Below are positions 12,086-25,825 of a stretch of DNA of 64,000 nt, piece after piece. Origin of the DNA: Octopus bimaculoides (lineage: Eukaryota); assembly GCF_001194135.2 (NCBI RefSeq), contig NC_068989.1, forward strand, positions 73,999,832 to 74,063,831, written 5' to 3'. The notes below the pieces were generated by a model. That model was not told where the DNA came from, ran no database searches, and saw only the letters and a list, made by a program, of their open reading frames with translations. Every line of letters starts with the position of its first letter. Within the stretch, counting starts at the first letter, position 1. The translations under genes were made by a program, and so were the position numbers.

Positions 12086-12137
<52 letters not shown>
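12079..12137. repeat. (ATC)n/(ATT)n microsatellite
   Basis: Direct reading. Confidence 0.95.
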
Positions 12138-12138
<1 letters not shown>

Positions 12139-12747
12139 GTTCAGTAGTTTTATTTTTATAACGTGCTTTCACTTCACTACCGAGCGCAGCTCTGTGCGCC
12201 TTGGGTATGTGTTGTGGTTTGTTGTGATGCTCTTNNNNNNNNNNNNNNNNNNNNNNNNNNNNNNNNNNNNNNNNNNNNNNNNNNNNNNNNNNNNNNNNNN
12301 NNNNNNNNNNNNNNNNNNNNNNNNNNNNNNNNNNNNNNNNNNNNNNNNNNNNNNNNNNNNNNNNNNNNNNNNNNNNNNNNNNNNNNNNNNNNNNNNNNNN
12401 NNNNNNNNNNNNNNNNNNNNNNNNNNNNNNNNNNNNNNNNNNNNNNNNNNNNNNNNNNNNNNNNNNNNNNNNNNNNNNNNNNNNNNNNNNNNNNNNNNNN
12501 NNNNNNNNNNNNNNNNNNNNNNNNNNNNNNNNNNNNNNNNNNNNNNNNNNNNNNNNNNNNNNNNNNNNNNNNNNNNNNNNNNNNNNNNNNNNNNNNNNNN
12601 NNNNNNNNNNNNNNNNNNNNNNNNNNNNNNNNNNNNNNNNNNNNNNNNNNNNNNNNNNNNNNNNNNNNNNNNNNNNNNNNNNNNNNNNNNATATATATAG
12701 ATAGATAGATAGATAGATAGATGGATAGATAGATAGACATACGTATG

Positions 12748-12785
<38 letters not shown>

Positions 12786-15006
12786 CGCATGCACACACAT
12801 ATGCATTGATTATGTGTATATAAACATGTATATACATACACACACTCGCACATTCCAACACTAACACACGCACATACACCTACAAGCATACATACATACA
12901 TACACATATAGACATCTATAGTTAACGTAATATTATGATATATTACACATTATATGCTCTTTGTTTTCAATTTCTAAAATATCCATTGTTCCAATTAAGA
13001 TGAGAATTCATAACAGTCTCGACTTACTTTTAAAATTGAATGAGATCAGGTAAGATAATATTTTACGATAATTGAACTTTGAAACTGACCAATAGTCACA
13101 ATATCCTGTCCACGATAGCAATATGCTTCTATTGTAATATTGTTTTGTGGATGATTGTTGATTACATTTCACATAATACATGCTGGCATATTGCTTTGAA
13201 TCGCTGTCATCATAATTCAAACAATGAATACACTTCAATGAAGAAATGTATTCTCCTTCAATATCTTTCTCATTACCAGAGTGGTCTTTGTTTCTTTGAA
13301 ATGCCAAGTGTTTTCTATATTTAAGTAAATTTATTCAATGTACTTGATTTTCTAGATCATGGTCGGCTGGATAACAAAATCTCTTCGCAATTATGTAGTA
13401 CCAAGTTCGATATCGTAGCCTCGATTTGACCACAAAGAAAGTCGTTTGAACGAAACGGTGTTGATAGAAATGCTACTTGGGACACTTCTCCAGTTGTTTC
13501 ACATCATCATTTGACACCATGGCAAGCGTTCGTGTATGATCTCGGATCTGTGAAAAATTCACAAATTGTGCTTCTGTCTCTCATTTTTCTTATGATCTTG
13601 GAGGTCACATAGAAATTTAATGGGTACTCTCCTCTCATTTTTTGACTAAGCCATTAAAAATGTTATATTCATGGCGTACTCTGACTATAGTCGATTTCCT
13701 GAAGATGACAGACACATAGAAAGAAAAAGAAAGAATGATAGATAGACAGATAGATAGACAGATAGATAGACAGACAGATATATAAAAAGAGATAGCTAGA
13801 CTGATGAGAGAAGTATTGACTTAATACAGGTAAGGCACCTTATTATCGATACCGTAACGATGACAAACAATGATAGCCCTATGGGATTTAAGCTTGCAGC
13901 CAGAACCAATACTACAGCGCTTTGAATCCGACATTCTAACATCAGTTTCCATTCGTTATTTTTTTTTTTATGTACTTTATTTAGTTTAGTTTTCGAGTAA
14001 AAGTATGTATAAATCGACCAGAGGCAATATCTATCATACTTTGACAGACATTAAAAAGTAAAGGAAAAACAATACAAAATAACAATCATACACATATAAG
14101 AGCCAGAATTATGCTGGAGTCAATTCAGTCTTATCTATGTTTGCATTTAAATTAGATAGACAATTCTAAATAACAACGGAAAAACAATATGAGTTTGACT
14201 ATGGAAATATGTTTTAAAATAATTTATGAACAATTTAGTTTAAAGATGACAGTTACAGATAATTGTACTTTAGAACACCGAATCATCTGATTATGCATGC
14301 GAATAAGCAAACGTTAGCGAGATTCATCGTAGTACTTTTAGATTTTCCTCTTGCTATAGTACACTATGGAGATAAATGTTCAATATTAATGTAGATGTCA
14401 TAATTGCTTCACCCCAGGTCAGTTTTTATTAAGGAGAATATTTATGACCAAAGGTATTTTCGTCATTATATATATATACATATGTGTGTGCATGTGTGTA
14501 TTTATGTATATATGTGTATCTGTGTGCATGCATCTGTCGGTGCATACACACACACATGCACAGACACATACACATACATACATACATACATACATACATA
14601 CATACATACATAACAGATGAAATGTGGTTCACTACAGCTGTTACAGACATGTTTTTTTATTGATGAACAGAAAAAAATATCCTTTTCGTCAGGCCTCTGA
14701 CCAAATTCGGGTCGGTGGAGTCATATGGTACTATGTACGTCTTCTTGAGAGATTTAAAATATTTAATTCTTACCTGTATTCACCTGATGAAAACAGTTTT
14801 TTTTTTCATGATGTAGCGCTTCTGTTCATCAATAAAAAACACATCTGAAAAAGTTGTAGTTGACCACAATCCCTCTGCTGTTATTTGCTTATCCTTCACC
14901 AAACTCGGAACCTGCAATTCGTTTGCATCTAGGGTTTATAGACGACGGTACAATAGGTTTAGTGAGTGTACCCATGTGCAATCTTCATGATTCGTTGTGT
15001 TTTCAG

Positions 15007-15049
15007 TCAGCCATATGTACATCCGGAGTACAGATCCGTGTATACTTTG
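15007..15049 (+). CDS. Candidate 43-nt coding exon (QPYVHPEYRSVYTL in one frame), unverified
   Basis: Strong acceptor ttgtgttttcag and donor TTG|gtaagt; all three frames open; unique sequence. Confidence 0.3.
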
Positions 15050-15609
15050 GTAAGTACGTATTTGTCCTCAAATAGTTTTTGTACACGATGGTTCTTTATT
15101 ATTAAATGCCTGATTCTTTTGAATCGTGGAAATTTTAAGCACACACACACACACACAAATGCACACTCACAAACGCACACACACAAACACACACACGTTT
15201 CAGAAATTATGTGTACGAGTAGATGTACTGGTGCCATTGTTACGTTTAGAGTTCCACGTAATTTTCCATAATCCAGTCTGCTTTCTGTATAGCTGTTAAT
15301 TAACATCTAAACTGAATAGTATTACCTGTTATGAACCCCACAACAAATGTAAAAATATTAGGGATAAAAACATGTTTATATCAAATTCCTGCACGCGTTT
15401 CACCACTATGGTTGTTTTGAGCCCGGTGATAAATGTTGTGCCAAATGACTATAGATGATCAAGCTCAACAGATCGTCAGGGAACACTTTATTACATCAGT
15501 TACATATAGTTTATGTTATAGATATCTATACCAGTAACTTTATGTAATAAGTTATTTCCTGATGATCTCTTGTCCTTGAGCATCTGTATGCATTTCGAAC
15601 ATCTATCGC

Positions 15610-15950
15610 AGGGAGCGAAACTACCATAATAGTGCCGTGTAATGGGACTGAATCCGAAACTATGTGCAGCATGTCCCTCACTCTTTTGAGATAGTTTGTT
15701 TTCATTTTGGGATCTTTGGCTACTAATTCTAGCATGCTAAACGACCATGTAGAGTCTCTTTCGCTTTGCCGTGATTAATATATAGCTGTTATTTTTGGAT
15801 TTGAATTCCTGGTTTGGTTTTAAATGTATAGATCTATTTTACTTTTAGACTACAATATTAGATGTCATTAAGAAAAAAAATTTGTCTGATTTGAATGTCA
15901 TTTGGTTGCTGTTTCTAGCAGATTGGGCGACCATGTAGAGGCTTCCTCGC
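15610..15950 (-). mobile_element. Degenerate SINE-like fragments
   Basis: The motif ctctacatggtcg...tgctagaa..agc.acc.aa occurs twice (about 15715-15760 and 15895-15945); gtttcggattcagtccc resembles a SINE head. Confidence 0.55.
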
Positions 15951-16768
15951 ATTAAGCAGAGATTTATGGAGCTATAATTCGACTCGATTTGTTGTTCCAT
16001 GAACAATTACTGTGACCTTGTAACTATTGAAAGTGTCGAACTCAGCGTTTCAATTTCCACCGTTAGCAATGGAGATATTGAGTAACAGTTACCATATCTG
16101 AATTATGAAGAATGAAGAGAAACTGCTTACTTCAGTATTACATTTATAAGGCGGGGGTGGATTGAAGGTCATGACCGCTCCCGTAACACATCAGGTTCAC
16201 ACGTAAAATATAACGAATTAAACCGAAAATTGAAATTGGACCAAGGCATCCTTTATTAGGTTTTGAGATGGTACAGAGTTCATGGATTTCTTCCTCCAAG
16301 GTATTAACATCGCTATTGAAAAGTAATCAAAACAAATTTCTCTTGAGATCCTAATATTGGGTCAATATATTTCCTTCCTTTGTGGCTTAATTATGTTTCA
16401 GCACGACTGATGCATGCAAAGCTAGCTACACCTTTATCTGCTGCATCAGTCAGAAAAGCAATTATTTAGAGCAGAACGAGGAGTTCCAAACGAAGTCGAA
16501 ATTACGTTTGTTTCAGAGAAATATTCCCCAAAGTAGATAGGCTACATAAAAGTGCCCTGCAATGGAGAGTATAACATAAATATAGGAAATGGAGTTGTAT
16601 TAATAAATATTCGTTAAATACAACAGAAATCAGTGCATAATATTCATAAGGGCCTTAGTATGCCTATTTCAAGCCAGGTCGGTGATATATGAAATAATAC
16701 AAAATATGTGTGTGTAATATAAAATAGTACAGTACAGTATAGTATAGTATAATGCACTACAGTACACT

Positions 16769-16817
<49 letters not shown>

Positions 16818-17049
16818 NNNNNNNNNNNNNNNNNNNNNNNNNNNNNNNNNNNNNNNNNNNNNNNNNNNNNNNNNNNNNNNNNNNNNNNNNNNNNNNNNNN
16901 NNNNNNNNNNNNNNNNNNNNNNNNNNNNNNNNNNNNNNNNNNNNNNNNNNNNNNNNNNNNNNNNNNNNNNNNNNNNNACACATACACACACACACACACA
17001 TACGCACACACGCACACGCGCGCACACACACGCACACACACACACACAC

Positions 17050-17091
<42 letters not shown>

Positions 17092-18060
17092 CATATTTAC
17101 ATTGCTGATGTCATACATGAATAATGTGTGATTATAAAATACAAGGATTTAGGTGCAATAATTTAGTAAACTTCGAACGTTCGTGGTAGGTATAGAAAAC
17201 AACTTTCAGGAAAAATAATAGTTTATTGACGTAGAAGGTTGTAGTTTTTTCCCATATCTGAGTTCAATAAACTGAATAAGGTTTTTTGTAGTTCACGGTT
17301 TGCATCTACGGTTTCTGTGAATGCGAATAAAAATCCAAGTTGTGGGAATGGAAAGGGTAAAATCCAGGTTACATATTAAATCATATTTCTGGCGAGTTAA
17401 CTTGGGATTCCTGAACGACAATATAACCTTAATTTAGCTAAGGCATCTTCGGACTGATGAGTTGCTAGTGGAGTACCTCTCGTTGAGGAATAATATTTTA
17501 CTAGCTAGGATTTTACCCGCTCCATTCCCACAATATGGATTTATATATCTCAATAATCCCAAAACTCTAGAGATGTTTGTGTGCACCCGGAATATCTCAG
17601 AGATGATATATTTTATCTTAATTTTATTTGCATATTTATTTTCATACTTACTTTCGGTAATGCAGTGCAAATTTTTGTGGTATTCGGACCTCTATTTAAA
17701 CGATAAAACACAATTTTTGTTTGTTATTCCTTGACGGAAAAAAAAACATGGTTCCCGTAACGTCAACACACATACAAAATACACCCACATATAATGAATG
17801 TCATGGCGTGTCAACAGAAACACACGTTCACTATCTGTGATATACATACACACATAGTATTCGCATAGTACTGTGTACGTCGGCTTTCTGACGTACACAA
17901 TATTCTAATCATTTAGAAATATTTTTAACTGAATGTGATTTCATCATCCGGAGTTCGTTAATTTCCGTAAAAACTTTTTATTTGTTTACTTTTGTATTAG
18001 AGTTAAAGAGAGGATTAAGTGAAAGATGTATGTACATGTATATTAAATGGAAGTGTGTAT

Positions 18061-18082
18061 GAAAGAGAGAGAGAGAGAGACT

Positions 18083-18175
<93 letters not shown>

Positions 18176-18250
18176 AAAGAGAGAGACAGTTAAAGAGGGA
18201 GAGAGAGCAAAGCGAGAGAGAGGAAAGCGAGAGAGAGAAAGTGAGAGTCA
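18061..18250. repeat. (GA)n microsatellite
   Basis: Direct reading. Confidence 0.95.
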
Positions 18251-18937
18251 GTGAAGGGGTGTGTTGTCACGTATACGTACATACATCAATACATATGCGT
18301 ACATCTTTTTTGTATGTACGTATGCATGTGTGTGTTTGAGAGAGAGAGAGAGAGTGAGTGAGTAAACGAGTGTTCTCATGTATGTGTAAATGGCACTCTC
18401 TCTCACTCTCTCTCTCTCTCTTGCACACACACACGTCCATTTCATATACACGTTCGTACATCTTCCACTTTAAAACAAATGAAACAGTTGATTTTCAGGA
18501 TGAAAATTGTTAAAAAAAAGCTTCTACTCATGTAAAATTCGCACAGAAAAGATTTCAGAATTGCCGATATGGCCAGGGGAAAAAAGGTTTTCAATTTAGT
18601 TGTATTTAGAATAATTTCACTTACTTATGATTAGATTTTATTAAATTTTTATTAGATTTAAGCTCTTATTTTTCTGTAAATGCTTTTCTAACATTAACTG
18701 AGTCAACTTTCGGTACGAATGTTCACATTTTGTAACTCTCTAAGAAAAGAAGAAACAAAGTCGACTTCTTGCCGTACACAGACACTGACATAGAGAAATA
18801 TATTTTTTGCTGAGGTTACTTATAGTTTCATCATTTCAGATTTTATCCTATTTCTTCATTTGACATTTGTAATCTCTGTTGTTTTGATTTAATTTTCTTA
18901 ATACAACATTACATACAAAAGTAAACACTGATTAATT

Positions 18938-19300
18938 ATGTCACGTAGAAAGAGACGGAGATTATCGTGGTCAAGAGATGATGCCAAAAGGCGTCGGGGA
19001 GAAGCAAGGGCAAGGAGACGACAAGAAACGGTTGAGATGACGGCAGAACGACAGCAGGATAACAAAGTCACGCAACAATGAAGGACGTAAAGAGAGACTG
19101 AGGAAGATGGGAATGCACGTCTCCAGGATGTGAGACAAAGAACAAATAGCAGAAGTTTTGCAAAAACGCCTGAGGTAAGGGCTGCACGGCTCTTAAACAA
19201 CAGAGTGAGGAAAGAAACAAAGACGGAGGGAACAATGGGAGGAAATGGATCCACTCTTTCTGCTGATGTAGGTGTGATGAATAAAATACTTGGTATTTTT
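18938..19300 (+). pseudogene. Degraded charged-repeat ORF resembling a Helitron RepHel N-terminus (STPR-like ET.E.R.ARL repeats)
   Basis: MSRRKRRRLSWSRDDAKRRRGEARARRRQETVEMTAERQQD...*RT*RETEEDGNARLQDVRQR...KTPEVRAARL; two in-frame stops. Confidence 0.55.
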
Positions 19301-20773
19301 TAAATGAAAATCATAAACAGATGAAGAAAGTTTATTGTAAAGAAATTATGTCTGTAAAGCTTATACTAGAAAATTTATGAAAATATAGGGCGAGGGGGAG
19401 GAATTAAGAAGAATGAAGTGGACGTGGATTAAGGACTCTTGTTTACTCAAGATCCGTATTAAGGAAACATGGAAGTATAATAAAGGAGAAAGTGAGGAAA
19501 AGTGATAATTCAAATGGAAATATGACGATTAAGGTAGCATTACACTTACGAAGTGTATTGTTAAGAATAGAGATGAGAAACATTTTGGAGATGTAATAAG
19601 AAGAGAAATGTAGAAGCGATAAGATAATAAATTAGAGAGGGCGAAAAGGAGACGAAATTTTACTAGTGTAGGGGAGATAAATAAGAAGAAATAATAATAA
19701 TAATGATCAAATATTGGATGTAATGAGAGAAGTGAATGTTAAAAATAAAAGAAAGGGAGATTTATGATAAAGCTATAAAAAAGAAATCTTTTTACATAAA
19801 AAAAGTTATGTCAAGAAGTATTATCCTTGCTGATTATTATGTGAGAAGGACAGGGTATAGCTATATATGATCGTAATGAATAAAAATAAACGTTATATAG
19901 ATCCAATGCACGTAAATATATTAAAAATAATTATTATTATGATCTATGAGTAGATAGATACATGTAGGGGCGCATATAGATTTTCAAAATTATAGGATAA
20001 ATGCTTATCATATATGGAGTAGAGTGAATGTATATGTAATTACGTATATATATATATAGAAGCATACATACATATATAAGCATATATAAGTATATATATC
20101 TATCTACTCGTAGATCATAATAATTATTATTTTTAATATATTTACATGCATTGAAACTATATAACGTGAATTTTTATTCATCACGATCATATATAGCTAT
20201 ACCCCATCCTTCTCACATAATACTCAGCACACATGATACGCTCGACATAACTTTTTATATATACAAAATATTCCTTTTGTATAGCTTTATCTTACATCTT
20301 CAATACCCCTATCATTAATCTCTCTTTTATTTTTAACGTTCACTTCTATCATAACATCCCATATTTTATCATTATAATTATTATTTCTTCTTATTTATCT
20401 CCCCTACACTAGTAAAATTTCGTTTCCTAATTTATTATTTATCGCTTCTATATTTCTCTCCTCACTACATCTTCTAAATGTTCTCTTATCTCAATTATTA
20501 ACAATACACTTCGTAATTATAATGCTACCTTATTGGTTATATTTCCATTTGAAGTACCACCTTCCCTCACTTTCTCCTTTATTATACTGCCATGTTACCA
20601 TAATAGGGATCTTGACTAAACAAGAATCCTTAATCCATGTCCACTTCATTTTTCTTAATTCCTCCCCCACCTATATTTTCATAAACTTTCTAGTATAAGC
20701 TTTACAAACATAATTTCTTTGCGCTAAACTTTCTTCATCTGTTTATGATTTTTATAAAAATATACCAAGTATT
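19285..20773. repeat. Long imperfect inverted repeat (arms ~19285-19960 and ~20097-20773, 136-bp spacer)
   Basis: Examples: cactagtaaaatttcgt mirrors acgaaattttactagtg; tatctactcgtagatcataataattattatttttaatatatttacatgcattg mirrors the left arm; colinear over ~680 bp. Confidence 0.95.
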
Positions 20774-21076
20774 GTTTTTAACGGTTAGATTTAATTTACA
20801 TTAGGTAACGTTTTCTCATTGGACATTTCTCTAACTTGCTGGCACTATGCTGCATATATGGAGATTTGATTAGCAAATTTATACTAATCCATAGAGAGAG
20901 TGTTATCGATATCTCTATGTTTATATCATCCCCTAACTGTTCATCCGTTATTTGTAGTTTAATAATTGACATGACTCCCATCACTATCACACATAGATAG
21001 GAACAGATAAACATGAAACACATAGATCCAACTTCTCTGCTTTTTTGTTTTTTAGTTCCTATTATTATTTTGTGTC

Positions 21077-21150
21077 TGCACTGATGAGTACTATGATAAT
21101 TTCCAAATTCAAATATGAATTTATATCCATGTAGGAAACAACTGTATGCA
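21077..21150 (+). ncRNA. Type I hammerhead-ribozyme-like motif (best preserved copy)
   Basis: TGCA-CTGATGA-[stem II 21088-21134]-GAAAC-AACT-GT-A-TGCA; stem I fully paired; intact core; GUA cleavage triplet ending at 21146. Confidence 0.7.
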
Positions 21151-21282
21151 TGAATAAACTACTTACGACTTTTTAACATCTTATCTCCTCCAATTTTGAC
21201 AAATACGATTGGATTTGTAGAACTTCATTCCATAAATTAATCACACACTTAATATATATACATATTCTTTTATTTTATATAT

Positions 21283-21652
21283 ATTCTTTCATTATTTTAC
21301 TTGTTTCAGTCATTTGATTGCGGCCATGCTGGAGCACCATCTTTAGTCGAACAACTCGGCTCCAGGACTTATTCTTTGTAAACATTGTACTTATTCTATC
21401 AGTCTCTTTTGACAAACCGCTAGGTTACGGGGACATAAACACAACAATATCGGTTGTCATGTGATGGTGGAGGAGAAAACACAGACACACAAACATATAC
21501 ATATTTATATACGACAGGCTTCTTTCAGTTTCCGCTTACAAGGCTTTGGTCGCTCCGGGGCTATAGTAGAAGACACTTGCCTAAAGTGCTATGCTGTGGG
21601 ACTGAACTTGGAACCATATGACTGGGAAACAAGCTTCTTACCACACAACCAT
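21283..21652 (-). mobile_element. SINE family 1, near full length
   Basis: ttttacttgtttcagtcatttgattgcggccatgctggagcacc...gtgggactgaacttggaaccatatg...cttaccacacaacc. Confidence 0.92.
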
Positions 21653-22033
21653 AGTAAATTTAATTTAATTAATGTATCCCGAAGATGATAAAGTGAAATT
21701 CACTTCTGGTGTATTCGATAGTGGACAACACAGCTGAATACTGAAAAGCGTTCCTGTCAGACGCCATCCGAGATGAGAATAATAATATTGAGAATACTAT
21801 TTTCTATTCACTTGATTCAGAGTCTCATGGGAATTAAGAACGTTGTGTTTTGGCGTTTATAGCTTTTGCTTTTCCGAAAACAAAATGAAATGACTTGCAA
21901 TGTGGAATGAAAGAACGATTACCGATTTCGTTTGGCATATTCATAAATACGAGAATATTGCTTTATACGGGCTGTGATGACATGAGTTCTTAAATATTTT
22001 AGGTGAAAGGAAAAATATATCGTCATGACTACA

Positions 22034-22037
<4 letters not shown>

Positions 22038-22088
<51 letters not shown>
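22038..22088. repeat. (TA)n microsatellite
   Basis: Direct reading. Confidence 0.95.
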
Positions 22089-22090
<2 letters not shown>

Positions 22091-22712
22091 AAAACTCATG
22101 GAGGTATTTATGATACGCCACAGCATTAGCGGAACGTTGCATGATGGGATGTTAAACACTTTCTTCCGTTGAATTTAATCTGAAGAAGAGGACAAACAAG
22201 TTAGTTTTTTATGGCATATAGAAATAGTAGTATTTTGGATTTGAAAGACACATTCGAAAATAGTGTAGTGTTAAAGATAATACGCATTTATCATATTATT
22301 ACAGCTTTCAAAACCAAATTGATGGATTGCGATGGCATGAGGGAATGTTTCCATTTTATATAATTTGCCCAAAAGAATTATTCCTTTCACGATGAGCCAC
22401 AGTTTTCAGTGAAATGATACAACATTTCTTTGCAGTGGGCGAAGGAAAGAAAGTTTAGGGTTCTTAATTATAATGGAACTAATTTAAGTAAATCCATATA
22501 TACATAGTTCCATTAATCCCTACAAACATTTACTGAAGATCAGGTTATGTATATTAGTCTCGTTATTAACTAAGGGGAAACGTCAGGCCAATCAACCTAA
22601 AATACAATTTTGAAGTCCTCAATAAACGATTTATTGAACAACCTAGTTGCTGATATGTGAAAGACAAAAAAGAGACAGTAAAATGAGACTGTCCTAGTAG
22701 CATTGACGTGTG

Positions 22713-23023
<311 letters not shown>

Positions 23024-23027
23024 AGTA

Positions 23028-23249
<222 letters not shown>

Positions 23250-23250
<1 letters not shown>

Positions 23251-23330
23251 TTTCAAACTTTGGAAAAAGACCAGCAAGTTCAGAAGAGGATGAAAGGCAA
23301 AAGTCGACCTCGACGGATTTTGAACTCCGT
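23250..23330 (-). mobile_element. SINE family 2, internally deleted fragment
   Basis: tttcaaactttgg...ggatgaaaggcaaaagtcgacctcgacggattttgaactc. Confidence 0.7.
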
Positions 23331-23751
23331 GCCACTTCAACGATAAAATGCCTTTCTTTTTATTGTTAAGCTAATGAGAAAAAGTGTTTGATAGTCATTT
23401 GTCTTGTTAGAAATAACAGTCATATTTTTTCTCAAGTCGCATGCAACTTTGTTTCACGTATTCCACATCAGAATTTGTGAGGTCAGCTGTCATTTTCCAA
23501 TCACACTTCAGCATATTTGTACAACTTTTCATTTGAAAATACCCATTTTCCGTAAACATATGAAGAAACAAATTCGGTGGGGGCATTCTTCTGTAAGTAT
23601 GCCATATGTGCATTATAACGACACACGTAATAACATACATGTCCATGTCGTTGTGTGTGTGTGTGTGTGTTCATGCGTGTGTGCGCGTGTTGATGCGTGT
23701 GTGTGTGTGTGTGTGTAACCGTAATAACCTTTATTACTTTATATTGGTTTT

Positions 23752-24840
23752 AGGAAAAGAGGGGCTGACGTTGAAGGTCATCCAAGTATAAAAATATTTG
23801 ACTCGTTTACTCTGTGCATCCGAGTCACTATAAATGTTCCTTTTTGAGGTTGCTTTTCCTTGAAATAAGAGGACTGACTTCCTTCTGTTTCTTAAGAACG
23901 ATTGATAGTCAGACTGTTCGTACTTATAGAGAAGCCTTTTTAGCCTTAAATTTTTTAGATGACAATCAGTGACATAGAACAATGGCTGAGGCTTCAGTGT
24001 CACACGAACCTATTTCTTTGAGAGATCCGCTTGCAATTCTTCTCCTGAATTGTGAAGTAAGTAATCCATTAGCGTTTTGGTACAAATATAAGAATGATTT
24101 ATCAAAAGGCTACAAATATCAAGCACAATTAATATTCCCTGAGGGGGGGAAATAGAATTCAATGATGACGTATATAATTCTGCATTGGCTGATACCGAAG
24201 GTCGCGTTGTCTCAATGGGAAGTTTGGTTTACCTGAAACACATTGAAATGCGATTCAATTTGATTACAGACGTTTTACGAGAAACGTCACATGATATTAA
24301 TTCATTAACAAGATTCCTTGAAGATGTCCTCAAAATTTTTGCGAGAAGAACAACTTGCATATACAACAATCATTGACCGAATAACACATAAGAGAGATTA
24401 TATCTTTTAGACGCACGAGGAGGAACTGGAAAAACTTTTGTTACAAATTTAGTGCTAGCCAAAGTACGACAGAAAAAGGAAATACCCTTAGCTGAGGCGA
24501 GCTCTGGAGTTGCTGCGACTTTATTCCCAGGAGGTCGAACAGCTCACGCAATATTCAAGCTGCCATTCAATCTAACTTGGACCTGTCTGCAATATTAGTA
24601 AAATGTTCTTTGATAAGTGGGACGAAGCTACAATGTTCCATAAAAAATCAGTAGAAGCCGTTAACAGAATGTTGCAGGATTTGCGCACTTCCAGTTGCTT
24701 GATGCGATGTGTGAAAGTAGTACTTTCAGCTGATTTCAGACAAACTTTGCCAAACTTTCAATAATATTCATAGTACAATTTTGGCAGCTTCTTTCAACCC
24801 AGTCAATGACTGGTGTTTCTGCTAGTATATATATATAGTG

Positions 24841-24897
<57 letters not shown>

Positions 24898-25050
24898 GGT
24901 GTATATATATATGTATATTGTATAATATATATATGTATAAAATTTGATAAACCTACAAGACCAGGTGAAAGCGCTAATTTATAAAACATGTGACATATGA
25001 ATAAAAATCTGTAAATATACAACCATCCAGACATCTGAGTACCTGCTGAT
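23752..25050 (+). mobile_element. Helitron RepHel fragment (Rep-helicase linker plus PIF1-type helicase motifs I-III), degraded
   Basis: KRGADVEGHPSIK; LRLLFLEIRGLTSF..LRTID..TYREA; NCEVSNPLAFW; LRETSHD; LDARGGTGKTF (24407); ASSGVAATLFPGGRTAH; WDEATM; SADFRQTLP; stops, frameshifts and a (TA)n insert at ~24825-24935. Confidence 0.93.
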
Positions 25051-25062
25051 TATTATTTTTTC

Positions 25063-25099
<37 letters not shown>

Positions 25100-25140
25100 N
25101 NNNNNNNNNNNNNNNNNNNNNNNNNNNNNNNNNNNNNNNN

Positions 25141-25214
<74 letters not shown>

Positions 25215-25825
25215 AATATATACGTATACATGCAATATATACATTATGATCACACACACACGTACTCGCACATACATACATATGTAAGTGTACTAAAATT
25301 CATTCAACATTAATGAACTGCAGAATATCTGAAATTACTTGACAACAATTCTCACTCCCAGAGTGAACAAAAATTTTAGCTCCTGTTTATCATTACAACA
25401 AGGAGCAGCGTAATCTCAAGCGGAGTTGTCCCATTGGGACTGCAAAAGAAAACACGGGATATAGTTTTATTAAACGGTGACAAAATACAATTCGATCACT
25501 GTAATGAAATATGCATACTGCAACTGATTACTTACTTCTATGTATATTAAAAAAAAATATCGGTATGTGAGAACATACGTGAACGTAACGTATTTCATAC
25601 ATACTACCTTTCAGAATAGAGGCGGTGTGAAATGACTGGTTGACTGGAGTTTATTTTGGCGTAATGATTAGTTTGCTTGCAATGCTCGTAAACAATTCCA
25701 ACTTATTTTCGACTCCAGAAAATGTACTACTTGGACGAAAATCGAATTTACATAACTTACAATAATTTGGGATTAATGATTAGTTGCTTATGTATGAGCA
25801 CATATACATATATATGCATATGTGT

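Noticed and set aside
13008-13330. 99-aa minus ORF with CxxC, ending at a gtaagt donor
   Set aside because: No family match recognised; a few ORFs of this length are expected by chance in 64 kb
15526-15735. ORF MLELVAKDPKMKTNYLKRV... that looks protein-like
   Set aside because: The nucleotide sequence matches SINE-like repeat pieces, one of them repeated at ~15895-15945
23407-23646. Exon-like segments on both strands
   Set aside because: Several incompatible readings and no recognisable product
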